From: Candidatus Dojkabacteria bacterium | Lineage (GTDB): Bacteria; Patescibacteriota; Dojkabacteria; B142; OLB20 | Assembly (NCBI GenBank): GCA_046753765.1 | Contig: JBHHUN010000007.1 | Coordinates: 1 to 57,134 of the forward strand | Reading direction: 5' to 3' | Length of the DNA: 57,134 nucleotides | Shown here: positions 52,619-57,134 of the stretch, piece by piece | Numbering within the stretch: position 1 is the first letter of the stretch | How the letters are laid out: each line of letters begins with the position of its first letter | Program-made: the position numbers and the translations under genes | The notes under the pieces: model-generated | Seen by the model: only the letters and a program-made list of their open reading frames with translations | The model's database searches: none | What the model was told of the DNA's origin: nothing

Positions 52619-52942
52619 CTATTTTTCAAAAACGAACATCAATCCCTGTTTATTGATCGAAAGCCTTTCTTTTTTCATGGTGAGTCCACTTTTTTCTGCA
52701 AAATCAACAATCTCTTGACGAGTGAAGAAGTGCGCAATAGGTGTGAGTATTTGATCACTAAAGATATTCCATGCAACTTCCCTGGGCACCTTCTCTTTAC
52801 TCTTGAAATACAAGCGGTTACCCAGTTGGACATAGCCCAACTTAAAAAGGGGGAACAGTATTGTCTTTATCACCTGCCTACCGAATTTGAATCTGTATGC
52901 CCACCTAATTAAAAAACTGATATGGATTTGAGTAAAGACCAT
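52619..52942 (-). pseudogene. Possible C-terminal fragment of a class I SAM methyltransferase
   Basis: FSDQILTPIAHFFTRQEIVDF resembles methyltransferase C-termini; no GxGxG SAM motif; only ~40 nt separate it from the divergent radical SAM gene. Confidence 0.4.
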
Positions 52943-52982
52943 ATCATGTTAAGCTACTTCCATACTTAATCTTTACGCTGGC

Positions 52983-54035
52983 ATGATTAAACGATTAAAG
53001 TTCCACCAGAAGGCCCTGCTTTCTGGTCTAAAAGACACCAAACCTTATAAACTCAATTTCGCTGTCACTTACAGATGCAATCACCGCTGTCTAAATTGCA
53101 ACATCTGGCAGAAAAAGATAGTTGATGAGCTCACAACTGATGAGATTAAAAAATTCTTTCAGAAGTATCAGTTCAGTTGGATCAACCTTACTGGCGGAGA
53201 GATCGTGCTGCGCCCGGATATCGAGGATATACTGGATATTGTAAATAAGTACAACAAAGATCTATATGTATTAAGTCTCACAAGCAACGCTCTTTCGTAC
53301 ACAAGACTCATAAAAATAACGGAGAAGATCAGCAGGATGAATGTCCCTTATACTATGGCAACCATCAGTCTTGACGGCGTCTCTGAGATGCACAATAAGG
53401 TCAGGGGGCTCCCGAATGCATTTAAACATACCATGCTTGCGATCGAAGGAATCAAAGACATCCCCGGAATCCAATTCCAGATCGGATATACAATCTACCA
53501 GGAAAACGTTGGCAAGCTTAAAGGTTTTGTAAGGCATATGGAGAAAAACTATGAGTGGTTTGATGTGAACAAGATGCACGTTAATACAATGAATCTGAGT
53601 GGGCACTACTACTCTAACAAGGGTCTAAAAATCGCAGAAGACTATAACGAAAAGGCGCGCACGGATATCCGGTATTTTATGTCACGTTTCAAAAAAGACA
53701 TGAGTTATGCAGGTGTTGCCGAAAGAGCCTACCAAAAGCTCAATGCCAAGTTCCAGAAAACAGGCGTCACACCACTCCCCTGCAAAGCGCTTTCTGCCTC
53801 TGTATTTCTTGATCCTAACGGGTTTATTTATCCCTGTATAATCTGGACAAATAAACTAGGGAATCTCAGGAATTTTGACTACGATCTGAATAAAATCTAC
53901 GAAACAGATGAATATAAAGGACTGCGTGAGCTTATCAAACAAAAAAAGTGCCCCAACTGCTGGACATCGTGTGAGGCAACTCAAACGATGCTTGGGAACC
54001 TCATGAATCCTCACTTTTTTATGAATATCTTCTAG
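52983..54035 (+). CDS. Radical SAM protein with SPASM/twitch-like C-terminal Cys cluster
   Basis: CNHRCLNC, TGGE, SLDG, C...PNGFIYPC...CPNCWTSC. Confidence 0.92.
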   Translation: MIKRLKFHQKALLSGLKDTKPYKLNFAVTYRCNHRCLNCNIWQKKIVDELTTDEIKKFFQKYQFSWINLTGGEIVLRPDIEDILDIVNKYNKDLYVLSLTSNALSYTRLIKITEKISRMNVPYTMATISLDGVSEMHNKVRGLPNAFKHTMLAIEGIKDIPGIQFQIGYTIYQENVGKLKGFVRHMEKNYEWFDVNKMHVNTMNLSGHYYSNKGLKIAEDYNEKARTDIRYFMSRFKKDMSYAGVAERAYQKLNAKFQKTGVTPLPCKALSASVFLDPNGFIYPCIIWTNKLGNLRNFDYDLNKIYETDEYKGLRELIKQKKCPNCWTSCEATQTMLGNLMNPHFFMNIF

Positions 54036-54056
54036 TTTGAACTCGAAGCAAATAGC

Positions 54057-55757
54057 ATGATATCTGAGAAACTAATAATGGGAATATGGGATGGGCACGA
54101 TGCAGGAGTTGCATTTATTTCCGGCAATAAGGTTCTTTTTGCAGCAAATGAGGAACGTTTCAGTAGACTGAAGTTGGACGTCAGTTTCCCCCACCTTGCT
54201 ATTCGAGCTGGTCTGGACTATCTAAAAATTGAACCTCAAGAAATTAAAACTGTGGCTTTCTCAACTACAGATCCGGCAAAGACGTTAACCCGTGTGTTTC
54301 CAGCAACAAAAAAACGATACTATGCTATTCGACGAAAAAAGACAGCTCCCGGGAAACTGACGGGCATAAGTAGATGGTTGAAGTACTTTTTGACTGAGCT
54401 AAAACCTAATATGCTTAGTCGGAAGATTTCCAGATCCAACGTACTCGGGAATCTGAGAAAAAGTGCCATTAACCCCGAAAAACTACTCGCATTCGACCAT
54501 CACTGGTGTCACATGACTGGAGCTTATGCAACATCGGGCTTTGATGACGCGCTCATCGTCTCCCTGGATGGGATAGGTGACGGACTATCAGGTCTCGTGG
54601 TCTCTGTTAAAGATGGCGACTTCAAAACGCTTCACAAACAAAGCGGAAAACACTCGTTAGGGATTTTTTTTGAGCATGTGACCAACCTACTTAATATGCG
54701 TGAGCTAGAAGACGAAGGAAAAGTTATGGCTCTAGCAGATTTCTCATATGCAATAGAGGATAGTAAAAACCCACTGATTTCATTGTTTTCGATGACAGAT
54801 GGAGAGTTGAAAGCAAAATTCAACTCCAGAAAGATGTATTCACAGCTCAAGCGTGAGCTTTGGAGGTATCCACTGGAGCAATTTGCCTATTTGGCCCAGA
54901 GAGCACTCGAGTACCACGTGATAGGTTACATCAAGTTCTGGCTTGGAAGATCTGCTCAAAATAAGGTCGTTTTTACAGGTGGAATCGCTGCAAATATCAA
55001 GTTGAACAGTAAGATTCTAAAGCTTGACCAGGTTGAGGATATGTACGTTTTCCCTCATATGGGTGACGGGGGGCTGGCACTTGGGGCGGCGGCGGCGGCA
55101 AACCAAAAATTACACAAAGAAATGAACCTGGACCTGCATAACGCATTTTTAGGACCAGATTACTCTAACTTCAAAATTAAAACTCTACTAGAAAAACACA
55201 AATTAAAGTCACATCGTGTAAATCCAGCCAGGTCAGCTGCACAACATGTGGCTCGAGGGAGCATTGTGTTATGGTATCAGGGTAGAATGGAATATGGTCC
55301 CCGTGCTCTTGGACATAGGTCAATATTGGCCCTCCCCGGAAGAAAAGAAATCAAAGACCAGTTGAATCTAAAGATAAAGAAACGTGTATGGTACCAGCCT
55401 TTCTGCCCATCCATGCTCAGTGAAGATGCACAAAAGATACTACAGAGTGTCAAAGGGACACCAAACGAATACATGACCATGGGTTACTGGGTTCGCAAAA
55501 AGTATCTCGAAGAAATGTATGGTGTTGCAAATATCGATGGGTCCTGTCGCCCTCAGATAGTTTATAAACACAATAAAATCTATTATGACTTCCTAGTGGA
55601 ACTCAAACAGCTCACCGGGCTTGGGGTCGTCTTAAACACAAGTCTCAATTTACACGGAGACCCTATCGTTGCCAATCCAAAAGATGCAATCGAAATGTTT
55701 GCAAAAAGCGATGTCAACTACTTATATATCGGAAATCAGCTGATAACTAAAAGATGA
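54057..55757 (+). CDS. Carbamoyltransferase (NodU/CmcH/TobZ family)
   Basis: GHDA, ANEERFSR.K, DHHWCH, DGIGD, EGKVMALA, GRMEYGPRALGHRSILA, LNTSLN. Confidence 0.94.
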   Translation: MISEKLIMGIWDGHDAGVAFISGNKVLFAANEERFSRLKLDVSFPHLAIRAGLDYLKIEPQEIKTVAFSTTDPAKTLTRVFPATKKRYYAIRRKKTAPGKLTGISRWLKYFLTELKPNMLSRKISRSNVLGNLRKSAINPEKLLAFDHHWCHMTGAYATSGFDDALIVSLDGIGDGLSGLVVSVKDGDFKTLHKQSGKHSLGIFFEHVTNLLNMRELEDEGKVMALADFSYAIEDSKNPLISLFSMTDGELKAKFNSRKMYSQLKRELWRYPLEQFAYLAQRALEYHVIGYIKFWLGRSAQNKVVFTGGIAANIKLNSKILKLDQVEDMYVFPHMGDGGLALGAAAAANQKLHKEMNLDLHNAFLGPDYSNFKIKTLLEKHKLKSHRVNPARSAAQHVARGSIVLWYQGRMEYGPRALGHRSILALPGRKEIKDQLNLKIKKRVWYQPFCPSMLSEDAQKILQSVKGTPNEYMTMGYWVRKKYLEEMYGVANIDGSCRPQIVYKHNKIYYDFLVELKQLTGLGVVLNTSLNLHGDPIVANPKDAIEMFAKSDVNYLYIGNQLITKR

Positions 55758-56455
55758 CAAAACAAAAAGACAGTCAAAACTTAAAAGTGGGGGTGGTCAT
55801 TTGTACTTTAAACGAGGAGAGGTCGATTACAGAACTTGTAAAAGCAAGCCTTAAGTACGCTGACGAGGTGTGTATTGTTGATGGACACTCAACAGACAAG
55901 ACTGTTTCAAGAGCACGCAAGGCTGGGGCAGTTGTCCTGTTTGAAGACGATAAGGGTAAGGGAGGAGCTATAAGGACTGCAGTAAGGCAAAAAGATTATG
56001 ATATATTTGTATTTATGGACGCAGACCTTTCTCACGACCCCACAGACATTCCCTTGTTAGTCTCACCTATCCTAAAGGGTCAAGCTGACCTCGTCACGGG
56101 TTCCAGATTACTTGGGGGTTCTGACGAACTTCACGGAACATTCGATGAGTTTCTCAGACTTTCCGGATCAGCTTTCATTACATTCTGTATAAACCGGAGA
56201 TTCGGAGTAAGTATCAGCGATAGCCAAAACGGATTTAGAGCAGGGAGAGGTAAGATGCTCAAAGACCTGGATCTTAGAGAAAACAGTACCACAATCGAAC
56301 AGGAGATGATCATGAAGGCTCTAAAAAAAGGTTACGTCCTCACTGAGGTTCCGGCACACGAATACAGGAGGAAATTCGGAGAATCAAGGATATCCCTCAC
56401 CCGTCAAAGCTTTCGTTATATTTATTCTATGATTAAATATCTATTGCTGCCATGA
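55754..56455 (+). CDS. GT2 glycosyltransferase (polyprenol-phosphate sugar synthase-like)
   Basis: TLNEE, VDGHSTD, GKGGA, DADLSHDP, GSR, SDSQNGFRA; ATGA overlaps at both ends. Confidence 0.92.
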   Translation: MTKQKDSQNLKVGVVICTLNEERSITELVKASLKYADEVCIVDGHSTDKTVSRARKAGAVVLFEDDKGKGGAIRTAVRQKDYDIFVFMDADLSHDPTDIPLLVSPILKGQADLVTGSRLLGGSDELHGTFDEFLRLSGSAFITFCINRRFGVSISDSQNGFRAGRGKMLKDLDLRENSTTIEQEMIMKALKKGYVLTEVPAHEYRRKFGESRISLTRQSFRYIYSMIKYLLLP

Positions 56456-57134
56456 GCTCTGCATTAGAATTTACACGAAACGTCCAGCCGTATTTTTTTT
56501 ACGTTGCCGTTATATTAATTGTTCTGATTCTCGCAAAGAACGCAGAGTTTATTAAGCACAGTCTGCGGAAGTACATGACGCTTAAAAAACTGCTGGTACT
56601 GCTTGGTGCTGCGGTTATTCTCACGTTTTTTGTTACCAACACAGCCCCTAGGACACGGCGAATACTCTACGATGAAAGTATCTATGTCAATAACGCCCAG
56701 AATATAAGCAAACTCGGAAAAAATCAGTACTGTGTCTCGGGGTCATTTGAGGAGGGGAGGTACAGCTGTTCCGACAGTATTATCAATAAGCAGCCCCCCG
56801 GATACCCCTCAACGCTATCGCTTTTTTTCCAGATATTTCAGCCCAGTTGGGAGAACGCCAATCTGTTTAATAACGTCATATTGCTGATCAATATCCTCTT
56901 GGTCTTCCTTGCGGTTCTCATCGTTACAAACCAAATCAAAGTAGCAGCTATCTCATCAGTCATTTTTGCACTAACTCCTGTAATAGCAAATTGGCACAAT
57001 ACTGCAGCGGTCGAGCCGGTCGGTTCAATGTACGCAGGACTTACTTTGCTTGCCTTTCTCATATTTTATCGTAGTAAGCGATACGGTTTCTATCTCCTGG
57101 GTTGGATTCTTTTTGCATTGGCAACTGCAACAAG
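56452..57134 (+). CDS. GT-C fold (ArnT/PMT-like) membrane glycosyltransferase, 3' end outside the window
   Basis: Open from ATG 56452 to the window end (no stop, so absent from the ORF track): TMs, LYDESIY, KQPPGYP. Confidence 0.8.
   Translation, partial: MSSALEFTRNVQPYFFYVAVILIVLILAKNAEFIKHSLRKYMTLKKLLVLLGAAVILTFFVTNTAPRTRRILYDESIYVNNAQNISKLGKNQYCVSGSFEEGRYSCSDSIINKQPPGYPSTLSLFFQIFQPSWENANLFNNVILLINILLVFLAVLIVTNQIKVAAISSVIFALTPVIANWHNTAAVEPVGSMYAGLTLLAFLIFYRSKRYGFYLLGWILFALATAT

Noticed and set aside
1-57134. Alternative genetic code (TGA=Gly, as in Gracilibacteria/SR1)
   Set aside because: Conserved genes end at TGA at expected lengths (sufC-adjacent sufD, dcd, GT2), and long ORFs are intact under code 11.

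Overview
57-kb chromosomal window from a reduced-genome bacterium. Gene content and style suggest Patescibacteria/CPR (inference; e.g. Dojkabacteria/Microgenomates-like). It uses standard code 11, with TGA as stop. Left to right: nusA, a WecA/TagO transferase, ferredoxin, a TrmB regulator, an atypical ClpA-like AAA+ ATPase, a sufC-B-(mini)D-S-U operon, recF, tig, dus, a dTTP-synthesis cluster (tmk, dcd, DHFR, dCMP deaminase, thyA), two paralogous membrane proteins, gdhA converging on a csoR-like/trxA/trxB operon, tRNA-Lys and tRNA-Arg(UCG), an 11.2-kb gene for a giant Gly-rich repeat surface protein, sanA, an oxidative pentose phosphate operon (pgl-gnd-zwf), two tRNA-Pro genes, a GH1, HAD, NYN, DUF2207 and LCP genes, and a radical SAM/carbamoyltransferase/GT2/GT-C operon running off the end. 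Most notable: (i) matching G/C-tract palindromes overlapping the -35 boxes of both the csoR-trx operon and gdhA, beside a CsoR-family protein that lacks the canonical metal ligands; (ii) the giant protein with five ~370-aa tandem units; (iii) a glutamine synthetase gene eroded by three internal deletions, plus other decaying genes; (iv) several unannotated small proteins. No CRISPR array, rRNA, integrase or transposase was recognised. Family calls come from motif recognition, not database searches.
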